In this document: in pieces, positions 28,926 to 39,507 of the stretch
How the letters are laid out: the number at the start of each line of letters is the position of its first letter
How positions within the stretch are numbered: position 1 is the stretch's first letter
Assembly (NCBI GenBank): GCA_964526845.1
Contig: CAZGMM010000003.1
Coordinates: forward strand, 1 to 61,037
Direction: 5' to 3'
Length of the DNA stretch: 61,037 nt
Source of the DNA: an uncultured Halanaerobiales bacterium
GTDB lineage: Bacteria > Bacillota > Halanaerobiia > Halanaerobiales > M55B127
Made by a program: the position numbers and the translations under genes
The notes under the pieces: generated by a model
Database searches by the model: none
Told to the model about the DNA's origin: nothing
Seen by the model: only the letters and a program-made list of their open reading frames with translations

Positions 28926-29153
28926 CTATTTTATTTTGACCTCAACTTTTTTACCTTCTTTTGTAGCAGAAGCCTTGACAACCTTACGGATTGCTCGGGC
29001 AATTCTACCCTGTTTACCGATCACTTTACCCATATCGTCATCAGCTACAGATAGTTCTACTACAGTTGTATTGCCGTCTTCAATCTTGTTGGTTGTTACT
29101 TTTTCGGGTTGATCTACAATATTTCTTGCAATAACTTCAACTAATTCTTCCAC
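28926..29153 (-). CDS. khpA: KH-domain RNA-binding protein
   Basis: DMGKVIGKQGRIARAIR; located between rpsP and rimM. Confidence 0.93.
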   Translation of the reverse strand: MEELVEVIARNIVDQPEKVTTNKIEDGNTTVVELSVADDDMGKVIGKQGRIARAIRKVVKASATKEGKKVEVKIK

Positions 29154-29168
29154 AGGAGCAACCTCCTT

Positions 29169-29441
29169 TTACTTTTCCTGATTTAAAAATTTCTCATAAA
29201 TACCTGATTTCTTTAATAAACTCTTAACTGTATTGGATGGCTTCGCACCATTGTTTAACCATTTAAGAGCTTTTTCCTCATCAATTTTATAAGTTTCGGG
29301 TTCAGTGGTAGGATCATAATATCCTAATTCCTCCAGAAATTTTCCGATCGGAGCATTACGGGAATCAGAAACCACTAATCTATATGATGCACTCCTTTTT
29401 TTACCCATTCTCTTTAGTCTAATCTTTACTGCCATTGACAT
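29169..29441 (-). CDS. rpsP: 30S ribosomal protein S16
   Basis: [25 protein letters not shown]. Confidence 0.98.
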   Translation of the reverse strand: MSMAVKIRLKRMGKKRSASYRLVVSDSRNAPIGKFLEELGYYDPTTEPETYKIDEEKALKWLNNGAKPSNTVKSLLKKSGIYEKFLNQEK

Positions 29442-29487
29442 TCACCTCCTTGAAATATTTACAGTGTATACTTTTATAATTTAAAGG

Positions 29488-30834
29488 TTAAAAGGGTAGG
29501 TTCATATTACCCATTTTACCCATTAAACCTTTACCTTTACCGCTATTGAACTTCTTGATCATCTTTTTAGTTTCTCTGTACTGTTTTAATAATCTGTTTA
29601 CTTCCTGAATACTGGTACCGCTTCCCTTGGCGATTCTTTTGCGGCGGCTGCCGTTGATAATGTTAGGCTCAACCTTCTCTTCTTGAGTCATCGAATTAAT
29701 TATCGCTTCTATATGGTCTAATTGTTTTTCATCTACCTGTAAATTTTTAAGCTGCTTAGCCCCACTCATCCCGGGAATCATGCCCATAATTTGATCAAGT
29801 GGACCCATATCTCTCAGCTGTTCTAGTTGATCTAAGAAGTCTTCAAAGGTAAACTGATTATTTTTTAATCTTTCCTCTAATTTCTTGGCTTTTTCCTGGT
29901 CGATGGCTTCTTCTGCCTTCTCGATAAGGCTTAGCACATCGCCCATTCCTAATATCCTATTAGACATCCTGTCGGGATGGAAGGGTTCAAAGTCTTCTAA
30001 CTTTTCACCGGTACCGATAAATTTAATCGGTTTACCGGTTACTGCTTTAACAGATAAAGCGGCCCCACCCCGGGCATCACCATCTAACTTGGTTAATACA
30101 ACGCCATCGATGCCGAGTTTTTCATCAAAGTTCTCGGATACATTAACAGCATCCTGACCGGTCATAGAATCCACGACTAAAAGAATTTCTTCGGGGTCAG
30201 TATGAGTTTTAATATCCTGTAGTTCATCCATCATCTCTTCATCAATGTGTAAACGACCGGCTGTATCCATGATAACAATATCATTACCGGCAGATTCGGC
30301 CTTACTTAAACCTGCCTTAATGATATCAACCGGATCTTGTTTATCACCCATTGAAAAGACGGGAATCTCCAGTCTATCCCCTAAAACCTGCAGCTGTCTA
30401 ATCGCTGCGGGGCGGTAGATATCTCCCGCCACGAGAAGGGGATTTTTCCCTTCTTTTTTAAACATCTTGGCCAGTTTACCTGCCGTGGTTGTTTTACCAG
30501 AACCCTGTAAACCTACCAGCATAATTAAAGTGGGGGGTTCAGATGAAATTTCAATTTCACTCTGTTCACCACCCATTAGTTTGGTAAGTTCTTCATTGAC
30601 GATTTTTACTACCTGCTGGCCGGGTGTTAAACTATCCATTACTTCCTGGCCGATAGCTCTCTCTTTTATATTGTTTATTAAGTTTTTAACAACTTTGTAG
30701 TTAACATCTGCTTCGAGAAGAGCTAACTTAACCTCTCTTAAAGCAGAGTCAACATCCTTTTCAGTTAATTTTCCTTTACCGCTTAACTTTTTTAATGTAT
30801 CCTGCAGTTTTTCAGCTAAACCTGAAAATATCAT
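29488..30834 (-). CDS. ffh: Signal recognition particle protein
   Basis: GLQGSGKTT, DTAGR, TKLDGDARGG and a Met-rich M domain. Confidence 0.98.
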   Translation of the reverse strand: MIFSGLAEKLQDTLKKLSGKGKLTEKDVDSALREVKLALLEADVNYKVVKNLINNIKERAIGQEVMDSLTPGQQVVKIVNEELTKLMGGEQSEIEISSEPPTLIMLVGLQGSGKTTTAGKLAKMFKKEGKNPLLVAGDIYRPAAIRQLQVLGDRLEIPVFSMGDKQDPVDIIKAGLSKAESAGNDIVIMDTAGRLHIDEEMMDELQDIKTHTDPEEILLVVDSMTGQDAVNVSENFDEKLGIDGVVLTKLDGDARGGAALSVKAVTGKPIKFIGTGEKLEDFEPFHPDRMSNRILGMGDVLSLIEKAEEAIDQEKAKKLEERLKNNQFTFEDFLDQLEQLRDMGPLDQIMGMIPGMSGAKQLKNLQVDEKQLDHIEAIINSMTQEEKVEPNIINGSRRKRIAKGSGTSIQEVNRLLKQYRETKKMIKKFNSGKGKGLMGKMGNMNLPF

Positions 30835-30853
30835 TTAAAACTGTACCTCCAGC

Positions 30854-31198
30854 TTAAATATTTTTGTTCATTTCTTTTAACTTGTCCAATAAATAGTTCT
30901 TCGTTTTATTTTCAATCTCGTCATTATCTTTTATATGCCTGATTAGTTCATTTATTATCCCGATATTCTTTTTGTTTCTTTTAACCAACTGCAACTTATC
31001 TTCATATGACTTGAGTGTGTTTTCTGCCCGATTTAAATGGTCATAAACACCCTGTCTGCTGATATCTAGATTTTCTGCAATTTCGCCGAGTGATAAATCC
31101 TGGTAATAATAGAGATCAATAATTTTCCGTTGTTTGTCGGTCAACAACTTTCCGTAGTAGTCAAATAACATGCTAATTTCTATCGTTTTATCCAGCAT
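30854..31198 (-). CDS. ylxM: YlxM SRP-associated regulator
   Basis: LFDYYGKLLTDKQ, DLSLGEIAE, SRQGVYD; upstream of ffh. Confidence 0.93.
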   Translation of the reverse strand: MLDKTIEISMLFDYYGKLLTDKQRKIIDLYYYQDLSLGEIAENLDISRQGVYDHLNRAENTLKSYEDKLQLVKRNKKNIGIINELIRHIKDNDEIENKTKNYLLDKLKEMNKNI

Positions 31199-31251
31199 TT
31201 TAATCACCAAGCTTGTTAAGTATTATTACTTTACACCAATTCACAGAGCAT

Positions 31252-31280
31252 ATTATAACTTATAAAAAGTAGGTTGTCAA
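31252..31280 (-). promoter_or_regulatory. Consensus sigma-A promoter of ylxM-ffh
   Basis: TTGACA-N17-TATAAT. Confidence 0.88.
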
Positions 31281-31290
31281 GGGTTAGTTT

Positions 31291-32241
31291 TCAAGAAAAT
31301 AGGGCATCAACAAACTTATCAGGTTTAAAGACCTGTAAGTCATCTTCCTTTTCTCCCACACCTATTAATTTAATCGGGATTCCCAGTTCGTCTTTAACAG
31401 CAATTACTACCCCACCTTTAGCTGTACCATCCAGCTTGGTGAGGGCAATCCCATCTATATTGACAGCTTCATGGAATAATTTGGCCTGAGAGATGGCATT
31501 CTGTCCATTGGTTGCATCTAAAACCAAAAGGATCTGTTTATGCGCCTCCTCTGCCTCTTTATAGATAACTCTCTTAACCTTTTTTAACTCTTCCATCAAG
31601 TTCTTTTGGGTATGAAGGCGGCCGGCTGTATCCACAATTAGTACATCGGCATCTTTAGATCTGGCTGATTGAACGGCGTCATAAGCCACTGCAGCGGCGT
31701 CTGAGCCTTCTTTTTGTGCAATAAGCCTAACACCTAGCCTATTTGTCCAAACTTCTAATTGGTCTATTGCAGCCGCTCTAAAGGTATCACAGGCTGCAAT
31801 CATGACATCTTTACCCTGTTTTTTAAACTTACTGGCAATCTTGGCAATCGTAGTGGTTTTACCGGAACCGTTAACCCCGACTACCATTATTATATTCAAG
31901 CCGTCTTCTAATTTTATACCACCTTCTTCATCCTGTAAAAAATCACTTAACTCTTCTTTGAAGACCCCGTAAAACTCGGTTGTATCTTCTATATCTTCTT
32001 TTTCAACCTTTGTCTTTAGGTCATCGATCATTTTCATTGTAGTGTGGACACCGATATCCGCCTGGATTAGAACTTCTTCTAATTCGGTGAAGAATTCATC
32101 ATCAAGTTCTTTTCCCCCTGTAAATAGGTCATTTAATTTGCCGAAGATTCCTTTTTTCGTTTTATTTAAACCATCCTTTAATTTTTTAAAGAGTCCTTTA
32201 TCTTCCTCTTCATTATTTTCTACATTTTTAAATATAGACAT
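31291..32241 (-). CDS. ftsY: SRP receptor FtsY
   Basis: GVNGSGKTTT, DTFRAAA, DTAGR, TKLDGTAKGG. Confidence 0.98.
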   Translation of the reverse strand: MSIFKNVENNEEEDKGLFKKLKDGLNKTKKGIFGKLNDLFTGGKELDDEFFTELEEVLIQADIGVHTTMKMIDDLKTKVEKEDIEDTTEFYGVFKEELSDFLQDEEGGIKLEDGLNIIMVVGVNGSGKTTTIAKIASKFKKQGKDVMIAACDTFRAAAIDQLEVWTNRLGVRLIAQKEGSDAAAVAYDAVQSARSKDADVLIVDTAGRLHTQKNLMEELKKVKRVIYKEAEEAHKQILLVLDATNGQNAISQAKLFHEAVNIDGIALTKLDGTAKGGVVIAVKDELGIPIKLIGVGEKEDDLQVFKPDKFVDALFS

Positions 32242-32266
32242 CGTTAATTATACTCCTCCCTATTCC

Positions 32267-35200
32267 TTATTGAATTTGTTCTTTTAAGTTTAAGGATACT
32301 AATTCAGTTACTCCTTTATCGGTCATCGTTAAACCATAAATATTATCAACCGCTGTCATCATGTGTTTGCGGTGGGTTACTACAATAAATTGGGCAAAAT
32401 CAGTATACTCTTTTAAGAAATCAGAAAACCGCACTACATTGACATCATCTAAGGGGGCATCAATTTCATCTAGGATATAAAATGGGCTGGGATTTACGCG
32501 CAGTAATGCAAAGACTAAGGCGATCGCAGTCAGGGCCCTTTCTCCCCCTGATAACAGAGTTAATTTTTTCAATTTTTTACCGGGTGGTTGGGCGATTATT
32601 TCTACCCCGGTATCAAGTAAGGCTTCTTCATCTACTAAATTAAGTTCGGCCCTACCCCCGTTAAATAACTCCACAAAAACCTCTTCAAATTCTTCTTTAA
32701 TCTGATAAAAAGTCGTTTTAAATTTATCCATCATCGTTTCATCAATACGTTCGATTATATTTATAATAGACTCTTTGGCTTCTTCTAAATCGGACTGTTG
32801 TTCGTGTAGATAGTCCAATCTTTCTTTTAATTCCTCATATTCCTCAATTGCTCCGAGGTTGACACTTCCCAACTTAGAAATTTGCTCTCTTAACTCATTT
32901 ACTCTCTGTTCTACCTGTTCCCTGTTCTCTACTTTTTCTCTTTCTTCATATTGATCCTGATTAATATCAAAATTATATTCGTTAATCAACCTTTCTTCAA
33001 TACTTTCGGACTTATCCTTTTTCCTGGTATAGTCAATATTAATCTCATGCAGTTTATCTTTCTTTTCATTTAACTCATCATTGAGCTCCTCTACTTCGCT
33101 TTCTAATTTTTCATGTTCAGCCCTCATCTGTTTTAAATTCTGTTCCATCTCTTCTAATTTCTGAGCGGCTTCTTCAACCTCATTTTCGAACTCTTCTTTC
33201 TGGTCTAAGAGTTTAACTTTGCGTTCAGCTAGATCATTAACCTCTTTTCCAATTTCATCTATTCTTGTTTCTTTATTTTCCTGATTATTTTTATTCTGTT
33301 CAATAGAATTCTCTAAATTATTGATATCTTTACTTAAACTTTTTAGTTTTTCCTGCTGGGTTGCAAAGTTTACCCTGACATCTGTTAATTTTTCTCTTAA
33401 GCTTTCAATATCATCATTTAGTTTATCGATCTTCTGCTGTTTTTGATTTATAATATCCTTTTCTTCATCATAATTTTGGCTGTTTTTTTCAAAAAGTCCG
33501 CTTAAATTGGACTTCTTCTCTTTGAGTGTGGTAAGTTCATTTACACCCTCTTCAATTTTATCTTGAATCGTGTTAACTTCATCTTTTATTTCAGATAACT
33601 GTTCTTTTAATTCTTTTTCATTCTCTTTTAGATTTTCTAATTTTAACTTTAACTTTTGGGACTTATCCTTCAATTCATCTCTATTATCTTCTAGTTTTTC
33701 TATCTTATCTTTTATATCTAAACCTTCTTTAACTATCTCATCAATCTGTTCATTTAATTCCGTGATTTCATCCTCTAATTCATTAACTTCCCTTTCACGG
33801 CCCAATAGGTTGTTTTTCTTAGACTGCCTGCTGCCGCCTGAAACAGAACCTCCGGGGTAAATTACATCCCCCTCTAGAGTAACCAATTTATATTTTTTAT
33901 TAATTATATTTGAAATCTCAATAGCAGAATCGAGGTCTTTAGAAATTATGGTACTGGCTAAAAGGTACTCCATAACTTTTTGAAATTTGTCTTTAAAACT
34001 AACAAAATCAAGTGCCAAACCTAAATACCCTACCTTTTGCTCAAACTGATTGGTATTAATCCGGCCGTAAGTTTTTAAAGATTGAATAGGTAAAAATGTG
34101 GCCCGACCGCTTTTGTTTTCTTTTAGATATTCTATACATTGTTGGGCCGTCTTATCGTTTTCTACTACAACATTCTGCAGTTTACTACCGAGGGTAGTCT
34201 CAATCGCGGTCTCATACTTTTTACTTACATTTATTAGTTCAGCCACCGCCCCATGCATCTTAGGGAAACGGTCTTTTTCTTTAAGGATATTTTTAACACC
34301 CTTATAGAAACCGGAGTATTCCTTTTTGAGGTCTTCAATAAATTCCCGGCGGGATTTCTTTTGATAGAGTTCATCCTGGATTTCTTCATATTTGCTTTCT
34401 AATCTGTCATATCTGGTTTGGTATTCTTCTAATTGAGATTGAACATCCTCTAAACTATCAGCTGTCTTTTCTAATCGATCAGCTGCTTTAGCTTGTAACT
34501 CTTTATTATTTTCTAATTTATTTTCAAGCTGAGCCTTATTTTTTAAAACCTGTTCTCTATGGTCCCTCTGGTCAGATAGGACTTGTTCTTTATACTTTAT
34601 CTTTTCTTCTAACTTATCAAAGTCTCTCCTTAATTGATTGATATCTACGTTCTCTTCAATCAAGTTTTCGCGGTATTTATTCAATTCGGTCCGTAGTTTT
34701 TTAAGGTGTTCGGACCTTATTTCATAATCCTTTTCTACCCCATCTTTCTTTTCAGCCCAGAGGTCAAGTTTGGTTTCTTCTTTTTGATATTTTTCCTTTA
34801 ACTCACTTAATTTATTTTCTTTTTCATCTAATTCTTCCCTTAACCCTTTAAGATCTTCTTTTAAATCACTTTTTTCTCTCTTTAAGTTGTTTTTACGTTC
34901 CTCAATTATATTGATCCTGTTTTTAACTTCATCACTTTTGGTCTTTAACTGGTAGTATTCATCTTTTTTATCATCATAAGAAACTTCCAGTGACCTTAAC
35001 TTCTCTTTCTTTTTATGTAATTTATCTTTTTTGCGAGAAACGGTTGCTTCCTTTTTATCTATAATCTCTTCTAACTTATCCTTCTTAACTTTTAAGTTAG
35101 CCAAACTGGCCGAAAACTCTTCGTGCTGGTCAAGCAAGAGGTTTATCTCGATCTCTTCTAATTCACTTTTTAACTTTTTATATTCACGCGCTTTTTCAGC

Positions 35201-35824
35201 GTCCTTTTTTACCTTCTCAAACTGTTTTTCTAACTCCCAGACCAAGTCCTTAATTCTCTGCAGATTAGAATTGGTATTCTCTAACCTTCTTTCCGCATCA
35301 TTTTTCCGGGATTTGTGTTTGCTGATTCCAGCGGCCTCTTCAAAGAGATCCCTTAAATTTTCCGGTTTGGAGTTAATAATCTGAGTAATTTTACCCTGAC
35401 TGACAATGGAATAGGAGTTATTACCGAGACCGGTATCCATGAGCAGTTCATTGACATCTTTTAACCGGCATTTGCTGTCATTGATTAAGTAATCACTGGA
35501 ACCATCTTTGGTTACCTCGCGTGAAATCTTAACCTCATCGGTCTCAATATCTAAGATACGCTCTGAATTATCTAAAAAGAGGGAAACCTCTGCTGAGGAA
35601 GAGGGTGGTAGTTTTTCACTGCCGGCAAATATTACATCTGCCATTTCAGATCCGCGTAAATTTTTAGCGCTCTGTTCACCCAGGACCCAGCGGACAGCAT
35701 CCACGATATTACTTTTACCACTGCCATTCGGTCCCACAATGGCTGTAATTGGGATATCGAATTTTAAATTAATTGTATTTGCAAAGGATTTGAATCCTTT
35801 AATCTTGATCTTTTTTAAAAACAA
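32267..35824 (-). CDS. smc: Chromosome segregation protein SMC
   Basis: GPNGSGKSN Walker A, long coiled coils, hinge GRATFLP, LSGGE signature, LDEID Walker B. Confidence 0.98.
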   Translation of the reverse strand: MFLKKIKIKGFKSFANTINLKFDIPITAIVGPNGSGKSNIVDAVRWVLGEQSAKNLRGSEMADVIFAGSEKLPPSSSAEVSLFLDNSERILDIETDEVKISREVTKDGSSDYLINDSKCRLKDVNELLMDTGLGNNSYSIVSQGKITQIINSKPENLRDLFEEAAGISKHKSRKNDAERRLENTNSNLQRIKDLVWELEKQFEKVKKDAEKAREYKKLKSELEEIEINLLLDQHEEFSASLANLKVKKDKLEEIIDKKEATVSRKKDKLHKKKEKLRSLEVSYDDKKDEYYQLKTKSDEVKNRINIIEERKNNLKREKSDLKEDLKGLREELDEKENKLSELKEKYQKEETKLDLWAEKKDGVEKDYEIRSEHLKKLRTELNKYRENLIEENVDINQLRRDFDKLEEKIKYKEQVLSDQRDHREQVLKNKAQLENKLENNKELQAKAADRLEKTADSLEDVQSQLEEYQTRYDRLESKYEEIQDELYQKKSRREFIEDLKKEYSGFYKGVKNILKEKDRFPKMHGAVAELINVSKKYETAIETTLGSKLQNVVVENDKTAQQCIEYLKENKSGRATFLPIQSLKTYGRINTNQFEQKVGYLGLALDFVSFKDKFQKVMEYLLASTIISKDLDSAIEISNIINKKYKLVTLEGDVIYPGGSVSGGSRQSKKNNLLGREREVNELEDEITELNEQIDEIVKEGLDIKDKIEKLEDNRDELKDKSQKLKLKLENLKENEKELKEQLSEIKDEVNTIQDKIEEGVNELTTLKEKKSNLSGLFEKNSQNYDEEKDIINQKQQKIDKLNDDIESLREKLTDVRVNFATQQEKLKSLSKDINNLENSIEQNKNNQENKETRIDEIGKEVNDLAERKVKLLDQKEEFENEVEEAAQKLEEMEQNLKQMRAEHEKLESEVEELNDELNEKKDKLHEINIDYTRKKDKSESIEERLINEYNFDINQDQYEEREKVENREQVEQRVNELREQISKLGSVNLGAIEEYEELKERLDYLHEQQSDLEEAKESIINIIERIDETMMDKFKTTFYQIKEEFEEVFVELFNGGRAELNLVDEEALLDTGVEIIAQPPGKKLKKLTLLSGGERALTAIALVFALLRVNPSPFYILDEIDAPLDDVNVVRFSDFLKEYTDFAQFIVVTHRKHMMTAVDNIYGLTMTDKGVTELVSLNLKEQIQ

Positions 35825-35859
35825 CTTTCTTCACCTCAAAGTTTGCTTTATTTACAAGG

Positions 35860-35887
35860 AAAAAACCTATCCCATACTAAGGATAGG
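35860..35887 (-). terminator. Terminator-like hairpin between spoVS and smc
   Basis: CCTATCC-N8-GGATAGG then TTTTT. Confidence 0.7.
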
Positions 35888-35919
35888 CCCAGAGTCGATA
35901 TTAAAAAGTATATATTTTT

Positions 35920-36186
35920 TTATGATCTTCTGGGTGAAACTGTAAACTTAATCGCAGTTCTAACCTCATCATCCACATCTATTTCAATAAATTCAGGTAT
36001 CATAATTAAGTCGATTCCTAAAGGTGCAACATAACCTCTAGAAATTGCGATAGCCTTAACTGTCTGATTGATTGCTCCAGCCCCTATTGCCTGCAACTCT
36101 ACTTTGCCTTCATCGCGCACTACTGCAGCAATCGCACCTGCTACAGATTTTGGATCAGATGAACCTGAAACTTTTAAAGTTTCCAT
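35920..36186 (-). CDS. spoVS: Stage V sporulation protein S
   Basis: LKVSGSSDPKSVAGAIA, QAIGAGAINQTVKAIAI. Confidence 0.96.
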   Translation of the reverse strand: METLKVSGSSDPKSVAGAIAAVVRDEGKVELQAIGAGAINQTVKAIAISRGYVAPLGIDLIMIPEFIEIDVDDEVRTAIKFTVSPRRS

Positions 36187-36219
36187 GTGATTACTCCCCC
36201 TTATTTTTTACTACATAGG

Positions 36220-36933
36220 TTATTTTAATAACCTTAATAGATCTTGTAGCTCTTTACTACTCAATTTTCGATACTCGCCTGGTTTTAAACTGCCCAATGA
36301 AATATTGCCAATTCTGACTCTAATTAAACTAACAACTTCGTATCCTAATCGATCAAACATCCTCCTGATCTGTCTGTTCATACCTTCATGGATAATTACT
36401 TCATAAGTAGTGTTTTTTGGATCCTGGTTGACCATTTCAATTTTGGCTGGTGAAGTTTCACCTTCCTCCAATTGTATGCCGTTTTTAAATCTTTTTAATT
36501 CATCTTGACTTAACTCACCATTTACCACTACCATATATTCTTTATCCAATTCGTGGGAGGGATGTGTGATCTTATGTGTTAAATCACCATCATTGGTTAA
36601 AAGCAACAAACCACTGCTGTCTAAGTCCAATCTACCAACTGGATAAATTCGTTTGTCAATACCATGTATTAAGTCCATAACCGTTTGTCTGCCTTGGGGG
36701 TCGTTCACAGTTGTCACATAACCTCTAGGTTTATATAATTTTAAGTATGTTTTTGTCTCTTTTTCAATTTCTTCCCCGTCCACTTCTATTGTGTCCTGGG
36801 CTGGGTCAACTTTAGTACCCATCTCAGTTACCACGACACCATTTACCTTCACACGGCCCTCTGCAATAATTTCTTCTGACTTGCGGCGGGAAGCGACTCC
36901 TGCATGAGCCATTACCTTTTGAAGGCGTTCCAT
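36220..36933 (-). CDS. rluB: rRNA pseudouridine synthase, RsuA/RluB family
   Basis: S4 domain ERLQKVMAHAGVASRR, VGRLDLDSSGLLLLTNDG, EGMNRQIRRM; follows scpB. Confidence 0.9.
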   Translation of the reverse strand: MERLQKVMAHAGVASRRKSEEIIAEGRVKVNGVVVTEMGTKVDPAQDTIEVDGEEIEKETKTYLKLYKPRGYVTTVNDPQGRQTVMDLIHGIDKRIYPVGRLDLDSSGLLLLTNDGDLTHKITHPSHELDKEYMVVVNGELSQDELKRFKNGIQLEEGETSPAKIEMVNQDPKNTTYEVIIHEGMNRQIRRMFDRLGYEVVSLIRVRIGNISLGSLKPGEYRKLSSKELQDLLRLLK

Positions 36934-37062
36934 ATTTACATCCTTTCTTAGCATATTATATTATTCTTTAAAAATTATAATATTCCTTTTTTATAGAATA
37001 AAAGTTTGTATGGTTTTTATATGATTATTTGCCTCTTTTTAATACATTTATATAATAACTTA

Positions 37063-37548
37063 TTAAGAAGTACCCAGATGTCCAAAAGATAGCTTATATA
37101 GGAGATAATCAAAGGTATTTCCCATTAAGTTACCAAAGTTAATCGTACGAATAGCCAGGTTAATAACTTCTGCCTTTTGGGGGCCATAGGTTTTATTGAT
37201 CTTTTCTTTAAACTCCTGGTCGGGCTTACCGGCCTGGTCTGCCCAGTGCTGGGCATATAATAGGGCCAGCTTTTCTTCTGAGGGCGAACTTTCTACAGAA
37301 CCATTTAAGAGGGTATCAAGTTCTTGATTAGTTACTCCACTCTCTAAGGCCAGTTTTGTATGGTAGTATGTGCAGTAGCGGCAGCCGTTGACGGCGGTGA
37401 CCGCCAACATTAGACGTTCCTGCATCTTTTTACTGATTAATTTACCCCTATTTAGATCTTTAATCTGTCCGTGGTTTTTGATCAGGAATTTAATATCGCC
37501 TATAACTTCCCTAAAACTGCTGTAGGTTCTCTTGTTAAACTTCTCCAT
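37063..37548 (-). CDS. Carboxymuconolactone decarboxylase/AhpD-like protein
   Basis: ERLMLAVTAVNGCRYCTYYH motif. Confidence 0.85.
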   Translation of the reverse strand: MEKFNKRTYSSFREVIGDIKFLIKNHGQIKDLNRGKLISKKMQERLMLAVTAVNGCRYCTYYHTKLALESGVTNQELDTLLNGSVESSPSEEKLALLYAQHWADQAGKPDQEFKEKINKTYGPQKAEVINLAIRTINFGNLMGNTFDYLLYKLSFGHLGTS

Positions 37549-37574
37549 AATTTATTCCTCATTTATAATTATTT

Positions 37575-38111
37575 CTATTCATCTTCAAATACTTTCTGAT
37601 AATCGATATCCTCAATTTTAGGTAGATCTGAAATATCATCGAGCCCGAACTTCTGCAAAAAGATAGTGGTGGTCCCGTAAATAATCGGATTGCCGATCGT
37701 TTCTTTCCGACCTTTTTCTTCTACTAAATCATATTTTTCCAGGGTTGAAAGGGTCCTTTCCACATTAACTCCCCGTATCGATTCGATCTCTCGCCTGGTA
37801 ATGGGCTGTTCATAGGCAACAATGGCTAAGGTCTCTAAAGCAGCAGAACTTAGCTTTTTGTGTTTAGAAATATTCAAATAATTTAAGATAAGGTCGCTGT
37901 ATCTCTTTTTGGTTTCAAATACATAATTATCATCGTAGCTATTTAGTTCAAAACCGTGTCTTTCTTTAGAGTATTCATCTTTTAGTTTATCCAGTAATGG
38001 TCTCAAATTAGAGATCTTCATCTCCATTACCCGTGATAGTTTATCTATACCGACCGGTTTGTCTGCTACAAATATTATTGTTTCCAGTTTTGCCAAATTC
38101 TCTACTTCCAT
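37575..38111 (-). CDS. scpB: Condensin subunit ScpB
   Basis: LETIIF, LSSAALETLAIVAYEQPITR, IRGV, YGTT. Confidence 0.96.
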   Translation of the reverse strand: MEVENLAKLETIIFVADKPVGIDKLSRVMEMKISNLRPLLDKLKDEYSKERHGFELNSYDDNYVFETKKRYSDLILNYLNISKHKKLSSAALETLAIVAYEQPITRREIESIRGVNVERTLSTLEKYDLVEEKGRKETIGNPIIYGTTTIFLQKFGLDDISDLPKIEDIDYQKVFEDE

Positions 38112-38124
38112 TATATCACCTGCT

Positions 38125-38847
38125 TTAAGCTAATGAAACCTCTATCGGTGAAAAAAGTTGATCCTGTAGTACTTTCACCTTATTTAATTTCATTAACTCT
38201 AATATACTTAAAAATGTTACCACAACCTCCATAATATTACTGTGGTCTTCTATTAATTTATAGAACTCTACTTTATTATACTTATCTAAAATATCAAGGA
38301 CGTCGTTGATCTTTTTTTCTACCTTTATTTTTTCAATAATTATATGCTCAACTTCCTCGATATCATCATCTTCCAGATCATTATCGGAATAAAGGGCCTT
38401 GAGATACATCTCCTTAATTTCCTTTAAGTTAACCTCGATAACTACCTCTTCCTCATAGTTGCGGTATCTATCCAAAGAACTATTATTTTCAAATACATCG
38501 CGCCGTTCTTCAAAGTTATCTGCTAAAACAAAAGATAGTTCCTTGTATAGCTGGTATTTCTTTAACCTTTCAACAAGACTCTCTTCATCCTCTTCTTTTT
38601 CTTCTTCATCTGTTTTTGGTAATAGATACTTAGCCTTTATTTCAATCAGTTCGGCTGCAATTACCAAAAATTCACTGGTATATTCTAAATCCATGATATG
38701 TTGGTCAATATAATCTAGGTATTCACCGGTTATCTTGGCCAGCGAGATCTTGCTGATTTCTATTTTGTTTTTCTTGACCAGCTGGTATAAGAGCTCCAGC
38801 GGTCCCTGGAAAGCATCCAGTTGAACTTCATAATCCATATTTTCCAC
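38125..38847 (-). CDS. scpA: Condensin kleisin ScpA
   Basis: FQGPLELLYQLV, EFLVIAAELIEIKAKYLLP, VVTFLSILEL. Confidence 0.96.
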   Translation of the reverse strand: MENMDYEVQLDAFQGPLELLYQLVKKNKIEISKISLAKITGEYLDYIDQHIMDLEYTSEFLVIAAELIEIKAKYLLPKTDEEEKEEDEESLVERLKKYQLYKELSFVLADNFEERRDVFENNSSLDRYRNYEEEVVIEVNLKEIKEMYLKALYSDNDLEDDDIEEVEHIIIEKIKVEKKINDVLDILDKYNKVEFYKLIEDHSNIMEVVVTFLSILELMKLNKVKVLQDQLFSPIEVSLA

Positions 38848-38859
38848 CTATCTGTTTAA

Positions 38860-39501
38860 TTATATTAATATTCCTAAAAAGAAGTTAACAAAGGGACTGA
38901 TCATACCCCACAGGATCCCGGTATAGGCTAAAACCAAGAGTAAAATCATCCCAATCGGACCCTGTAATTTATTTAAATACTTATCCAAGTCCCTGGGGAT
39001 AAGTCCCCTTAATATATTGGACCCATCTAAGGGTGGGATCGGCAGTAGGTTAAAAAATCCTAAACTCAAGTTTACGATGACTGCCAGGATTAAAAACCTT
39101 AAAACCACATATTGAAGGTTGCTGATCTGGGTGCCCATCGCACCGACTGAATTAATACTGGCAAAGGCCATCACGGTCCGAAAGATCAGGGCAAAGATTA
39201 TTGCCAAAATCAAATTAGAGCCCGGGCCCGCTATACCGACCAACATCAACCCTTTGCGCGGGTTTTTATAGTATCTAGGGTCAATCGGAACTGGTTTAGC
39301 CCAGCCGATCCTCCTAGTAATTAACAACACTAAACTTCCTACTAAATCAAGGTGGGCAATCGGATTTAAGGTTAAGCGTCCGTTTGCTTTAGGAGTGGGA
39401 TCTCCCAATAAATATGAAACATAACCGTGTGAATACTCGTGTATCGATAAAGATAATAGGAGTACCGGTATTACCAAAATTAGTTCCATTATATTTGACA
39501 T
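38860..39501 (-). CDS. Site-2 protease, M50 family
   Basis: HEYSH and NLLPIPPLDG motifs. Confidence 0.93.
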   Translation of the reverse strand: MSNIMELILVIPVLLLSLSIHEYSHGYVSYLLGDPTPKANGRLTLNPIAHLDLVGSLVLLITRRIGWAKPVPIDPRYYKNPRKGLMLVGIAGPGSNLILAIIFALIFRTVMAFASINSVGAMGTQISNLQYVVLRFLILAVIVNLSLGFFNLLPIPPLDGSNILRGLIPRDLDKYLNKLQGPIGMILLLVLAYTGILWGMISPFVNFFLGILI

Positions 39502-39507
39502 CTTTTA

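Noticed and set aside
32267-35824. Repetitive E/K-rich sequence in smc
   Set aside because: Ordinary coiled-coil composition, not a DNA repeat.
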